DNA of 63,596 bases, counting the filler, from Octopus bimaculoides (lineage: Eukaryota), in assembly GCF_001194135.2 (NCBI RefSeq). It is 7 parts of 7 records of this genome, joined end to end, with 100 filler letters (N's around TTAATTAATTAA, not from the genome) between each part and the next. Parts side by side here need not be neighbours in the genome. Positions count along the whole stretch, not along the records: positions 48,770 to 58,947 come from NC_069001.1; positions 59,048 to 63,596 come from NC_068989.1; 5 more parts are not named here. One strand, written 5' to 3'. A model generated the notes under the pieces. The model saw only the letters and a program-made list of their open reading frames with translations. It was not told where the DNA came from and did no database searches. A program made the translations under genes and the position numbers. Shown piece by piece: positions 53,066-63,596 of this stretch (positions within the stretch are counted from its first letter, which is position 1; every line of letters begins with the position of its first letter).

Positions 53066-53170
53066 GCCCTGCTCCGAATAATTACAGATTACCAACAACA
53101 GTGGGAACTGACTACCATGATGCTACGAAACCAAGGGCGCCATCTTACAGCATTGGCAAACACACATTTA
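53066..53170 (+). CDS. ODF3: ODF3/CIMAP1 (SHIPPO-repeat) family gene, first visible coding exon
   Basis: Acceptor tatttatttccAG and donor GTaagt at 53171. The 105 nt (phase 1 to 1) read (G)PAPNNYRLPTTVGTDYHDATKPRAPSYSIGKHTF, resembling the ODF3 N-terminal PGP..Y.LP..VG...HD.....P.YS.G pattern. Confidence 0.85.
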
Positions 53171-53201
53171 GTAAGTTCTGATTAATTATTGTAGGAGACT
53201 A

Positions 53202-53500
53202 TATTTCGTCCGCCACTACGTTCTGAGTTCAAAATTCCGCGGAGGTTGACTTTGCCTTTCATCCTTTCGGAGTCGATAAATTAAGTACCAGTTGAGTACT
53301 GGGTCGATGGAATCGACTTAATCCCCTTCCCCAAATTTCAGGCCTTGTGCCTAGAGTAGAAACGCTTATTATAGGGGACTAAAGCAGCGAGCTGGCAGAA
53401 TCGTTAGCACCCTAGACAGAATGCTAAGCGGTATTTCGTCCGTCGCTACGTCCTGAGTTCAAATTCAGCTGAGGTCGACTTTGCCTTTCATCCTTTCAGG
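53202..53500 (+). mobile_element. Two adjacent SINE family A copies in the ODF3-like intron
   Basis: The first copy (53202-53367) is flanked by an imperfect ~16-bp duplication (TTATTGTAGGAGACTA / TTATTATAGGGGACTA). The second (53384-53500) is truncated in the core. Confidence 0.85.
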
Positions 53501-53605
53501 ATGAAGGCGAACGGGCCGAAACTTCAGTCACCGTCATCCCTTTTCATCTTGTAAAATATATGTACGTATGTATGTATGTTTATTTCCATATTTCTCGTTC
53601 CACAG

Positions 53606-53716
53606 AATTCGCCGACCAAAGTCCAGGTCCGATCTACGGATATTCCAGCCAACTGAGTAATTTTGGAATGTCTTCAGTTCCTACAGTGACGATTACCGGA
53701 AGAACAAAAAAGCCTT
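53606..53716 (+). CDS. ODF3: ODF3/CIMAP1-like gene, middle exon
   Basis: Acceptor ttctcgttccacAG and donor GTaaga at 53717. The 111 nt (phase 1 to 1) read (K)FADQSPGPIYGYSSQLSNFGMSSVPTVTITGRTKKP, containing the SPGPxY SHIPPO repeat. In frame with both neighbouring exons. Confidence 0.88.
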
Positions 53717-54192
53717 GTAAGATATCTTTTATAAATGAATTAAACAAATGTTTAGAGATATTAATGTAAACGTTATAAGATGTTGTGAACTCGTTCAATC
53801 CACTTACGTCATTCAGCCTTCTTCTTTCTAGCGAGCTTTATAATGTTCTCTGCTCTAAATATATTGACACGAACTTGACTATTAGTTTTCATGAGAATAG
53901 CCTCTTTTTTTATTTATTAAGCAGTCCATTTCCTACTCCAATACGTATTCATTCTTGAACATTTATTATAAGATTCTTCCATTTCCACTTTATCTAATTA
54001 ATCTCTTCGCTCCCTATGGATCAGAAGCCATCGACATGTATGTTTTTAAGACCACCGGAAGGATATTAATCTGGTATTAACAGATATCCCCTTTTATCTG
54101 CCAAATAATGGTACTCTTTATATATCGCATTAAGCTACCTGGTTATATATACATTTCTTCGTTTCAATGTTGTATCTTTTTTTCTTTTTCAG

Positions 54193-54683
54193 ATTTATGG
54201 GAAGGTATACTGGATACCCCAGCTCCGGGTACATATTGTGGCCCGAAAGTGCGTGTCTTGCGAGAACGTACCGCTCCGGCATTCAGTTTTACTTCTCGTC
54301 CTAAAACGAGTAAAAATACCATTCCTTCACCTTGTGCATATTCTTTGCCAGGAATCCTGGGCGAGCAACCCATAAATATTTCAAATGTACCTGCTTACAG
54401 CATAAATAAAAGACTGAATTACAACAATTATGCTTACGACTTCGCCCAGACACCGGGGCCTGCAAGATATGGCAGCGTACCGTTACATTCTTCACACAAG
54501 CAACCACCGTTGTTTTCTCTGAGGAGTCGAACGGCGATACCCAAATATAAAATGGATAACCCTGGACCAGGAACTTATAATGTTCAGCAGTCGAAACCTT
54601 TTGGCAATTCTACCCCGAAGTATTCGATGGGAATTAAACATTCACCGTATCTTATGCAAGCCTTCATGGATGTGCTTAACTGA
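54193..54683 (+). CDS. ODF3: ODF3/CIMAP1-like gene, terminal coding exon
   Basis: Acceptor ttttttctttttcAG at 54191-54192, then 491 nt to TGA. Contains repeats TPAPGTY, PSPCAY, TPGPARY, NPGPGTY and the family-typical C-terminal YSMGIKHSPY. Confidence 0.9.
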
Positions 54684-56689
54684 TTGAAATTTCCTTATCT
54701 GAAGATTTCTAATTTCATTCTATTTTTTTATATCAAATGTTTCTTTCTTCAAAAAAATTCTGTTTATCCAAATTTCTGAAAACAAAAAAACTGTTCACAA
54801 ATATCGTCGGGTGGCACCGCTGTCGTGGGTTATGACAGCGATACAATAGATATTGTGATATATCGTGAATTCACATACTGCTGTAATAGTTTATGACATC
54901 ACTGTCGTGGGTTATGACATCATATGCTATAACATGACATTATTGTGCTAGGCTGTAATATGACAGCACTATCATAAATTATGAAATAGATCATCATGCC
55001 CCTGCTAAAGGTTAATACAACACATTATGATTTCACTGTAATAATATATACCCCTGCAACCATTGGTTATCACACTACGATAAATAAAGTACTAAGGGCG
55101 ATTTGTTCGACTAAGCCCTTCAAGACGGTGCCCCAACATGGTCGGTGCCCAATAACTGAAAAAACTAAGAAAAGAAATAAAAAGATGAAAGAAGTTAAAG
55201 ATAGTAACTATAGTTAAAGATAGTAACTATAGTTAAAGAAGTTAAAGATAGTTACTATTCGACCTCGGCAGAATGTGAAGTCAGAATGTAAAGACATGAA
55301 GTACCGCTAAGCATTTCGCCCGGCGTGCTAACGTTTCTGCCAACTCGCCGCCTTACAACTCTCAAATATCGTCATAACAAAGCTATACCTCAAGACACTG
55401 CTATCAAAGTATAGTGTTATCACAGCTAATATAAGTTACATCACTCCCAAATGTTATAGCTCTATTATCACTACTACAATAGCTTATAATTAAGAAGTCA
55501 TAGAGTATAACACCACTCCGGCAGATCATGACACCTCTATCACCTAGCTAGCCAAAGACTGTCACGTCGCTATCACAGTTTACATCATCACCACTACTAT
55601 CCTTGGCTGTGATATCACTATACTATGAGGTAGAGACGAGGCAGAGTCGTTAGAGCGTCGGATAGAAAGCCTTGTGTTATTTGTATCCGATCTCTGCGTT
55701 CTAAGTTGAAATCCCGCCGAGGTCAACTTTGCCTTTCGTTTTTTTCGGAGTTGATAAATAAAGAACCAATCCAAGGCGGTAGATTAGCGGAACTGTAAGA
55801 GCTTCGGGCTGGATACCTTGCAGTGTTTCTCCCGATTTGTATGCTCTAACGACAATGCTTGCTACGATATTAATGCTAAGGTGTGTTCGACTCGCCTTTC
55901 TTTTGGGTAACATCGTCGACGCAAAGAGGGGAGACTTGCACGGTGGTCTTTCTTAGAGAGAGAAATTCTTTTGGTGCAGACACTCAGACTATCTATAACA
56001 TATTAGAAGGGCTATTTATAGTTATGACATTATAAGTACTGCTCTAGGTTATGATATCACTACTACAATACTACTAAGCAAAGGTTATGACAGAAAAGGA
56101 AAAAAGAATTGTAATTTGATATTAAATAAACTTAATTTATTTATCTATTGCTTTATGGTTTGGTCAGATAAAAGAAAAGTGGGGGTATAGTACTCTTGAC
56201 GTTTTGCAGGATACTAAGACAGGCGGGAAGAAAATGGAAAAATAGACCCTGACCCATGGGTCACTCCAATAAGAAACAACACATCAAAATACCCAGTTAA
56301 CCTGACACAGGTGATGTGATGAGAATGCATGCACCAATGGAACAAGTCGTGGTTTTAAACGAAGCGATAGACCATCCGATGAGCATCCGCGCCATTTTTA
56401 CCATCTTAATTTACTATCGGTTCTTGAACAGACTTGAAACTGTGACAGACGACACAAGTCCAACCTACTGAAGAGTAAAATCGAACTTGGAGTCACTCGA
56501 TTTTGAAGAGAATTTTTTAATCACACGACCAAGACCATCTTTATTATCTAATTTTTCTTGTTATATTTGTTTGATCTTCACTTTAGCTTTTATTATTATT
56601 ATTATTAGTTTATTTATCTGTCAAAGTTCTTTCGTCATACATTCTGTGACCTCTTCAATGACTCTCTATTTCCTCTTGTCCTGCCAATT

Positions 56690-57010
56690 CCGTGAAAAAT
56701 AGGAGATCCATGGGACTTCAGTCCTTTCAGTCTCATCCACTACACTAACCCTGTCGCCATAGCCACCAGACAGAGGAGAACTGCCTTTCCTTCCCGACCA
56801 AAAGAAGGCGGCGAGACGATCTTCACAATGGACTCGGTTGATAACCGGATCTGTCTCTACACTGCAATAAACGAGTGCGTACAGGATAGTTTCATCACCC
56901 TGTGCACAACTCGGACAGGTCCGTTTGACAGTGCTTCCGTGTTTGTAGAGCTTGTCTCGAACCGGCAGAGCGCCCTGGTAGCACTGCCAGGCCAGAAATT
57001 TCCAGAAGTT
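56690..57010 (-). mobile_element. Tx1/L1-clade LINE C-terminal (zf-RVT) fragment
   Basis: LAWQCYQGALPVRDKLYKHG...CPSCAQGDETILYALVYC and WMRLKGL. A further likely piece and 3' UTR lie at ~56220-56420. Confidence 0.75.
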
Positions 57011-57302
57011 ATCCATAGGCCCCAGCCCGAACGTCCTCCGGAACAGACCAACTGCATAACTGGTACTTATTTATTCGACCCCGAAAGGATGAAAGGCTAA
57101 GCCGACCTCGGCAGAATTTGAACTCAAAACATACAGNNNNNNNNNNNNNNNNNNNNNNNNNNNNNNNNNNNNNNNNNNNNNNNNNNNNNNNNNNNNNNNN
57201 NNNNNNNNNNNNNNNCCAAGCGTACTTAACGTTTCTGCCACCTCGCCGCCTATATGAGGCGTGAATTGAATAAGTATGTTACTAATACGATATTATAAAC
57301 TT

Positions 57303-57487
57303 TGTCGGGCGAAATGCTTAGCGGTATTTCGTCTGTCTTTACGTTCTGAGTTCAAATTCCGCCTAGTTCGACTTCGCCTGTCATCCATTCGGGGGTCGAT
57401 AAATTAAGTACGAGTTGCGTACTGAGGTCGATCTAATCGACTGGCCTGTCCTCCAAAATTTCGGGCCTTGTGCCTAGAGTAGAAAAG
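57303..57487 (+). mobile_element. SINE family A, 5'-truncated, with 14-bp TSD
   Basis: TSD GATATTATAAACTT at 57289-57302 and 57488-57501. Confidence 0.88.
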
Positions 57488-59046
57488 GATATTATAAACT
57501 TAGTTTAATACCAGCTAAATATATGTTATAGAATAATTCGATGTTGAAGAATCCTCCAGATAAAGGTAGGTAAGTTAACAATAATCGGACATGGCTGAAT
57601 GCAACAGTATAGCTTGGGTCTGAAACCTTGTTTAGTTGCGTGTCAGAGATGTACGATGAAACTCGTAGAAAAAGAATTGTCGAGAAACGTATATAAAAGT
57701 AAGCTGGCCTTTAAGTAGATTAGAGTGATCTCCCTTAGATGCCCTGTACTCATTTGTTTTGTTCTGCATGGCATTCAAGCAACAGCTATTTCAATTTTAC
57801 AAATTATACAAGGAAAATGACTCTAGTATATCAGTTTGTTTGTGGTTTGTGTGTGCGCGCGCGCGTGTGTGTGTATGTTTGTGCGTGTGTGTGTGTGCGT
57901 GTGTGAGTGAGTACGCGCATATATGTATGTGTATATGTATGTATTCAAAATAAGTGCACCTAGTTAATGGAGACGTTAAGATGCTAATTAAAATATTTTC
58001 GTTTTCAATTTAAATCACAGCTGTTCCACTGTTCCTTTCATCCCAAAATGCGAGATAGATTAAGAAAATATCTATCCACGAAGGTAAAATTTAAATAAAT
58101 CTTATCTGAGTAACAATTTTGAAACATGATAATTAAGAAATTAATTTTTTAGGAATTTCGTAGAATGCAATATGAAATTACAATTTTACAAATAACGTAA
58201 GGGAAATAACTCTAGCATATCAGTATTTTTTTAATTTTAAATTTATTTTACCTGTTTTTATATATTTTTTTATTATAATAGCGTGGGTAAATACTTAAAA
58301 TAAATTCTGAAAATATAAAATGGAAAATACAGTGACTCGACAAATCGATATGCACTTGAGCTTGTAACAGATATATATAATATAATATAATACAATATAA
58401 TATAATATAATACATGGCTGTGAAGGCGGCGAGCTAGCAAAGACGTTAGCACGCCGGACGAAAACCATTCAAGGCGGTGCTCCAGCATGACCGCAGTCCA
58501 GTGAATGAAACAAGTAAAAGATGAAAATATACAAGGTCGAATTTTAAATCGATAAATTAGATTTAAGTCATGTGCACAGCTGTGTTGGAAGAATTCATTG
58601 ATCAATTCTGATAACAATTGTAGGTTAATTGTAGATTCAGTAATTAAGAGGAAGTACACAAGGCATCGAGAGGGCAGAATTTTTAGCTTGCCGGACGAAA
58701 TGCTTAGCGGCATTTCGTCCGTCTTCACGTTCTGAGTTCAAATTCAGCCAAGGTCAACTTTACCTTTCATTTCTAGCTGAGGACTGGGATCGATATAATC
58801 GACTAATCCACACACACACACACACCACCTGAAGTTGCTGGCCTTGTGCCGAAATTTGAAATCAGTATTGTTCTATGTGAACTAAGGCAGTGAGCTGGCA
58901 GAGCCGTTAGCAAGCCGGACAAAATGCTAAGCTGCTTTTCGTCTGCTNNNNNNNNNNNNNNNNNNNNNNNNNNNNNNNNNNNNNNNNNNNNTTAATTAAT
59001 TAANNNNNNNNNNNNNNNNNNNNNNNNNNNNNNNNNNNNNNNNNNN

Positions 59047-59392
59047 NATTAGATCGACCCAGTATGCAACTGGTACTTAATTTATCGACCCTGAAAGGAT
59101 GAGAGGCAAAGTCGACCTCGGCGAAATTTGAACTAAGAACGTAGCGGCAGACGAAATACCTATTTCGTTGTTGCCCACAAGGGGCTAAACATAGAGGGAA
59201 CAAACAAAAACAGACGAATGGATTAAGTCGATTACATCGACCCCAGTGCGTAACTGGTACTTAATTTATCGACCCCGAAAGGCTGAAAGGCAAAGTCGAC
59301 CTCGGCGGAATTTGAACTCAGAACGTAACGGCAGACGAAATACCGCTAAGCATTCCGCCCGGCGTGCTAACGTTTCTGCCAGCTCGCTGCCT
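59047..59392 (-). mobile_element. Tandem pair of SINE family A copies
   Basis: Two head-to-tail copies of the same consensus. Other family A copies at ~2270-2420, 17840-17990, 19212-19355, 19645-19806, 22160-22290, 28180-28330, 44330-44520, 55260-55335, 55620-55770, 58660-58950 and 61692-61825. Confidence 0.85.
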
Positions 59393-59614
59393 TTCATTGT
59401 GTGGTATTATGTTGCTTGTTGCTTTATCATTGTTGTAATTGTTTGTTGTTGTTCAGTTTCAGGTCAGTCATATCATCTGTAACTGTGTCAACTTCCTTAG
59501 TTTTTAGCATTTCAGCGCTGGTTTTCAACCAAACCTTCTCAGTCACTCCCCAAATATCTGCAAGTCTGTGAGGCGGACGACAGAGCACATTTTGAATATC
59601 ATATTTGAATATAG

Positions 59615-59859
59615 GGCGCAGGAGTGGCTGTGTGGTAAGCAGCTTGCTTAACAGCCACATAGTTCCGGGTTCAGTCCCACTACGTGGCATCTTAGGCAAG
59701 TGTCTTCTACTATAGCCTCGGGTTCAGTCCCACTACGTGGCATCTGAGGCAAGTGTCTTCTACTATAGCCTCGGGTTCAGTCCCACTACGTGGCATCTTG
59801 GTTCAAGTGTCTCCTACTATAGCCTCGGCCGACCAAAGGCTTTCGAGTGGATTTAGTAG
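59615..59859 (+). mobile_element. SINE family B with a triplicated 53-bp internal unit
   Basis: Units start at 59666, 59719 and 59772. Confidence 0.9.
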
Positions 59860-60703
59860 NNNNNNNNNNNNNNNNNNNNNNNNNNNNNNNNNNNNNNNNN
59901 NNNNNNNNNNNNNNNNNNNNNNNNNNNNNNNNNNNNNNNNNNNNNNNNNNNNNNNNNNNNNNNNNNNNNNNNNNNNNNNNNNNNNNNNNNNNNNNNNNNN
60001 NNNNNNNNNNNNNNNNNNNNNNNNNNNNNNNNNNNNNNNNNNNNNNNNNNNNNNNNNNNNNNNNNNNNNNNNNNNNNNNNNNNNNNNNNNNNNNNNNNNN
60101 NNNNNNNNNNNNNNNNNNNNNNNNNNNNNNNNNNNNNNNNNNNNNNNNNNNNNNNNNNNNNNNNNNNNNNNNNNNNNNNNNNNNNNNNNNNNNNNNNNNN
60201 NNNNNNNNNNNNNNNNNNNNNNNNNNNNNNNNNNNNNNNNNNNNNNNNNNNNNNNNNNNNNNNNNNNNNNNNNNNNNNNNNNNNNNNNNNNNNNNNNNNN
60301 NNNNNNNNNNNNNNNNNNNNNNNNNNNNNNNNNNNNNNNNNNNNNNNNNNNNNNNNNNNNNNNNNNNNNNNNNNNNNNNNNNNNNNNNNNNNNNNNNNNN
60401 NNNNNNNNNNNNNNNNNNNNNNNNNNNNNNNNNNNNNNNNNNNNNNNNNNNNNNNNNNNNNNNNNNNNNNNNNNNNNNNNNNNNNNNNNNNNNNNNNNNN
60501 NNNNNNNNNNNNNNNNNNNNNNNNNNNNNNNNNNNNNNNNNNNNNNNNNNNNNNNNNNNNNNNNNNNNNNNNNNNNNNNNNNNNNNNNNNNNNNNNNNNN
60601 NNNNNNNNNNNNNNNNNNNNNNNNNNNNNNNNNNNNNNNNNNNNNNNNNNNNNNNNNNNNNNNNNNNNNNNNNNNNNNNNNNNNNNNNNNNNNNNNNNNN
60701 NAC

Positions 60704-60974
60704 GCCAATATGCTGGGAATAAACTTTAAATTGTCAATCACCACATTACAATATACATTCACTTTTTCTTCCATGGCTGCTTGTAAGTATTTCATTTATT
60801 TCTTGTCGTATTCTCTACTGAAGAGAAATTGATTCAATACAGAGATAACGAATTAAAAAAAAAAAAAAATTCTGTTAGCTTGCCTTCCTCGATTTCAGTC
60901 CGACGTGTATTCATAGTGAATGTATATTGTAATGTGGTGATTGGCGATTTAAAGTCTATTCTCAGCATATTGGC
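60704..60974. repeat. 60-bp inverted repeat pair (probable MITE)
   Basis: Arms at 60704-60763 and 60915-60974, with 4 mismatches. Confidence 0.8.
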
Positions 60975-61079
60975 ATAGAAATCTTTTTTCTTTTGCCCTT
61001 GTTTATAATTGTTTATAATTTTCACCTTTAAAGGTATTTTAATATGCTGATGGAATTTTTTGGGAAAAAAAATTTATCC

Positions 61080-61450
61080 TATATTGGAAGTATATATATA
61101 CAGGAGTAGCTGTGTGGTAAGTGGCTTTCTTACCAACCACACGGTTTCGGGTTCAGTCCCATTGCGTGGCACCTTGGGCAAGTGTCTTCTACTATAGCTT
61201 CAGGCCAACCAAAGCCTTGTGAGTGGATTTGGTAGACGGAAACTGAAAGAATCCCTATCTTGTCCCCCCAACATCGCTTGACGACCGATGCTGGTGTGTT
61301 TATTTCCCCGTAACTTAGCGGTTCGGCAAAAGAAACCGATAGAATAAGTACTAGGCTTACAAAGAATAAGTCCCGGGTTCGATTTGCTCGACTAAAGGCG
61401 GTGCTCCAGCATGGCCGCAGTCAAATGACTGAAACAAGTAAAAGAGTAAA
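61080..61450 (+). mobile_element. tRNA-derived SINE family B (CORE-like), near full length
   Basis: Head with A/B-box-like TGTGTGGTAAG and GGTTCAGTCCC, a CORE-like CCTTGGGCAAGTGTCTTCTACTATAGC segment, and tail ...GGCGGTGCTCCAGCATGGCCGCAGTCAAATGACTGAAACAAGTAAAAGA. Partial copies at 5708-5856, 20821-20960, 23648-23800, 26590-26760 (-), 30258-30418, 35649-36105, 36549-36735, 38720-38850 (-), 43120-43245 and 55060-55190. Confidence 0.85.
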
Positions 61451-62908
61451 AGAGTAATACATGCATATGCACATAGTGCATACATACACACACATACATA
61501 CACACATACATACATACATACATACATACATACATACATACATACATGTGTGCTTGTGTGTGTGAAGGCGGGCGTTTATGAGCGTGAGATTGTGGTTTCT
61601 ATTCCCAGTCCGGCGGCGCGTTGTGTTCTTGAGCAAAATACTTCATTACAAGTCCCACAAAATCTTACTTTTCTCCAACTCCAGTATTTTTAAGGCGGCG
61701 AGCTGGTAGAATCGTTAGCACGCCGGACAAGATGCTCCGCGACATTTCTTCTAGCTTAACGTTTTCAGTTCAAATTTTGCCGATGCCGACTTCACCCTTC
61801 ATACTTTGGGGTTCGATAAAATAGTCGAAGCTCAAGCACGACGAAAACCTTTCTGCACGAACTCCTCGCTCAGTGTCCGTACATTGCTGACTTGTTGAAT
61901 TACGTTGAACAGCTGTTCTCGCGTGAGAGACAGATCCGTTTAACGAACGAATCCACAATGAGGATTTCCCCGCTGCCTAATTTTAATCGGGCAGGNNNNN
62001 NNNNNNNNNNNNNNNNNNNNNNNNNNNNNNNNNNNNNNNNNNNNNNNNNNNNNNNNNNNNNNNNNNNNNNNNNNNNNNNNNNNNNNNNNNNNNNNNNNNN
62101 NNNNNNNNNNNNNNNNNNNNNNNNNNNNNNNNNNNNNNNNNNNNNNNNNNNNNNNNNNNNNNNNNNNNNNNNNNNNNNNNNNNNNNNNNNNNNNNNNNNN
62201 NNNNNNNNNNNNNNNNNNNNNNNNNNNNNNNNNNNNNNNNNNNNNNNNNNNNNNNNNNNNNNNNNNNNNNNNNNNNNNNNNNNNNNNNNNNNNNNNNNNN
62301 NNNNNNNNNNNNNNNNNNNNNNNNNNNNNNNNNNNNNNNNNNNNNNNNNNNNNNNNNNNNNNNNNNNNNNNNNNNNNNNNNNNNNNNNNNNNNNNNNNNN
62401 NNNNNNNNNNNNNNNNNNNNNNNNNNNNNNNNNNNNNNNNNNNNNNNNNNNNNNNNNNNNNNNNNNNNNNNNNNNNNNNNNNNNNNNNNNNNNNNNNNNN
62501 NNNNNNNNNNNNNNNNNNNNNNNNNNNNNNNNNNNNNNNNNNNNNNNNNNNNNNNNNNNNNNNNNNNNNNNNNNNNNNNNNNNNNNNNNNNNNNNNNNNN
62601 NNNNNNNNNNNNNNNNNNNNNNNNNNNNNNNNNNNNNNNNNNNNNNNNNNNNNNNNNNNNNNNNNNNNNNNNNNNNNNNNNNNNNNNNNNNNNNNNNNNN
62701 NNNNNNNNNNNNNNNNNNNNNNNNNNNNNNNNNNNNNNNNNNNNNNNNNNNNNNNNNNNNNNNNNNNNNNNNNNNNNNNNNNNNNNNNNNNNNNNNNNNN
62801 NNNNNNNNNNNNNNNNNNNNNNNNNNNNNNNNNNNNNNNNNNNNNNNNNNNNNNNNNNNNNNNNNNNNNNNNNNNNNNNNNNNNNNNNNNNNNNNNNNNN
62901 NNNNNNNN

Positions 62909-62951
<43 letters not shown>

Positions 62952-63377
62952 TATAAATACATATACATACACACACATACATATATATACATACAAACAT
63001 ATGTGTGTGTGTGTTTTTTGTGTGTATATGTATATATCTATAATACGCCCACGCATGCGCATATAAGATAAGGAAAACAAGAGGATTTTCTCATTTGAAT
63101 ATAAGAATGATGTTTTATTTTATTCAATAACACATAACAATGTTTCCATAAAAATCTGTTACTTTAGTTCCTGTTAGGAAATGTATTGTAATAGCTTATG
63201 GCTCGCACACATGCGCATACACACGAACACACTTGCACTCAAATACATATACAAACACACACATTGATACATGCACATGCATAAATACATATATACACAC
63301 ACATATATATGCATTTACATACATGTACGTGAGTGTGTATGTGTGTATGTGTGTGCACGTATGTATGTGTATATATC

Positions 63378-63596
63378 TATTGGGTTGGTGCATAATTATT
63401 GCAGCTTTTTTTCAACAAGTTTTATTCAACAAAAACAATAACAATATTTAACAAAAACGTCTTTAAATGATTATTCCGGAGCATATTCACCATCTACTTC
63501 AATTACTACTTCGCATTTGCTTGGCGGACGGTCAAAGCGTCATTTAAAGATGTTTTTGTTAAATACAATTTGTTGTAAAAAAGCCGCAATAATTAT
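63378..63596 (-). mobile_element. mariner-derived MITE (Hsmar1/MADE-like TIR), cut by the window end
   Basis: TA followed by TTGGGTTGGTGCATAATTATTGCAGCTTTT. The opposite TIR AAAAAAGCCGCAATAATTAT... starts at ~63577. The minus strand keeps a transposase C-terminus-like EVVIEVDGEYAPE*. Confidence 0.8.

Noticed and set aside
6866-59003. TTAATTAATTAA repeated six times
   Set aside because: Always embedded in N runs; an artificial six-frame-stop gap spacer, not biology.
46560-61450. tRNA genes
   Set aside because: A/B-box-like segments occur only as SINE heads; no complete cloverleaf found.
6866-63451. Long ORFs in the track made of poly-X, YI, CV, HT, LS, R/E/K or D/S/I runs
   Set aside because: Translations of microsatellites and N-gaps.

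Overview
Animal genomic DNA from a gapped short-read scaffold. It is AT-rich and saturated with microsatellites and tRNA-derived SINE families that I recall from octopus/cephalopod genomes; the organism is inferred, not proven. Two host genes are supportable. The first is a single 130-nt exon of a nuclear receptor at 3081-3210 (+), ending inside zinc finger 1 (PCIVCGDKASG). The second is a three-exon SHIPPO-repeat ODF3/CIMAP1-like gene at 53066-54683 (+). The rest is mostly transposon debris: a decayed piggyBac, LINE fragments (RTE-, R4/Dong-, CR1/L2- and Tx1-like), mariner pieces, MITEs/foldbacks, at least four SINE families and minisatellites. The best lead is a dispersed repeat present twice (about 20.1 kb on +, 23.4 kb on -). 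It carries all three hammerhead-ribozyme core strands in a non-circularly permuted order, though its stem II is weak. A canonical minimal Penelope-type hammerhead lies at 44214-44259. No prokaryotic features (CRISPR, operons) are present. Most long ORFs in the supplied track are microsatellite or N-gap artefacts.
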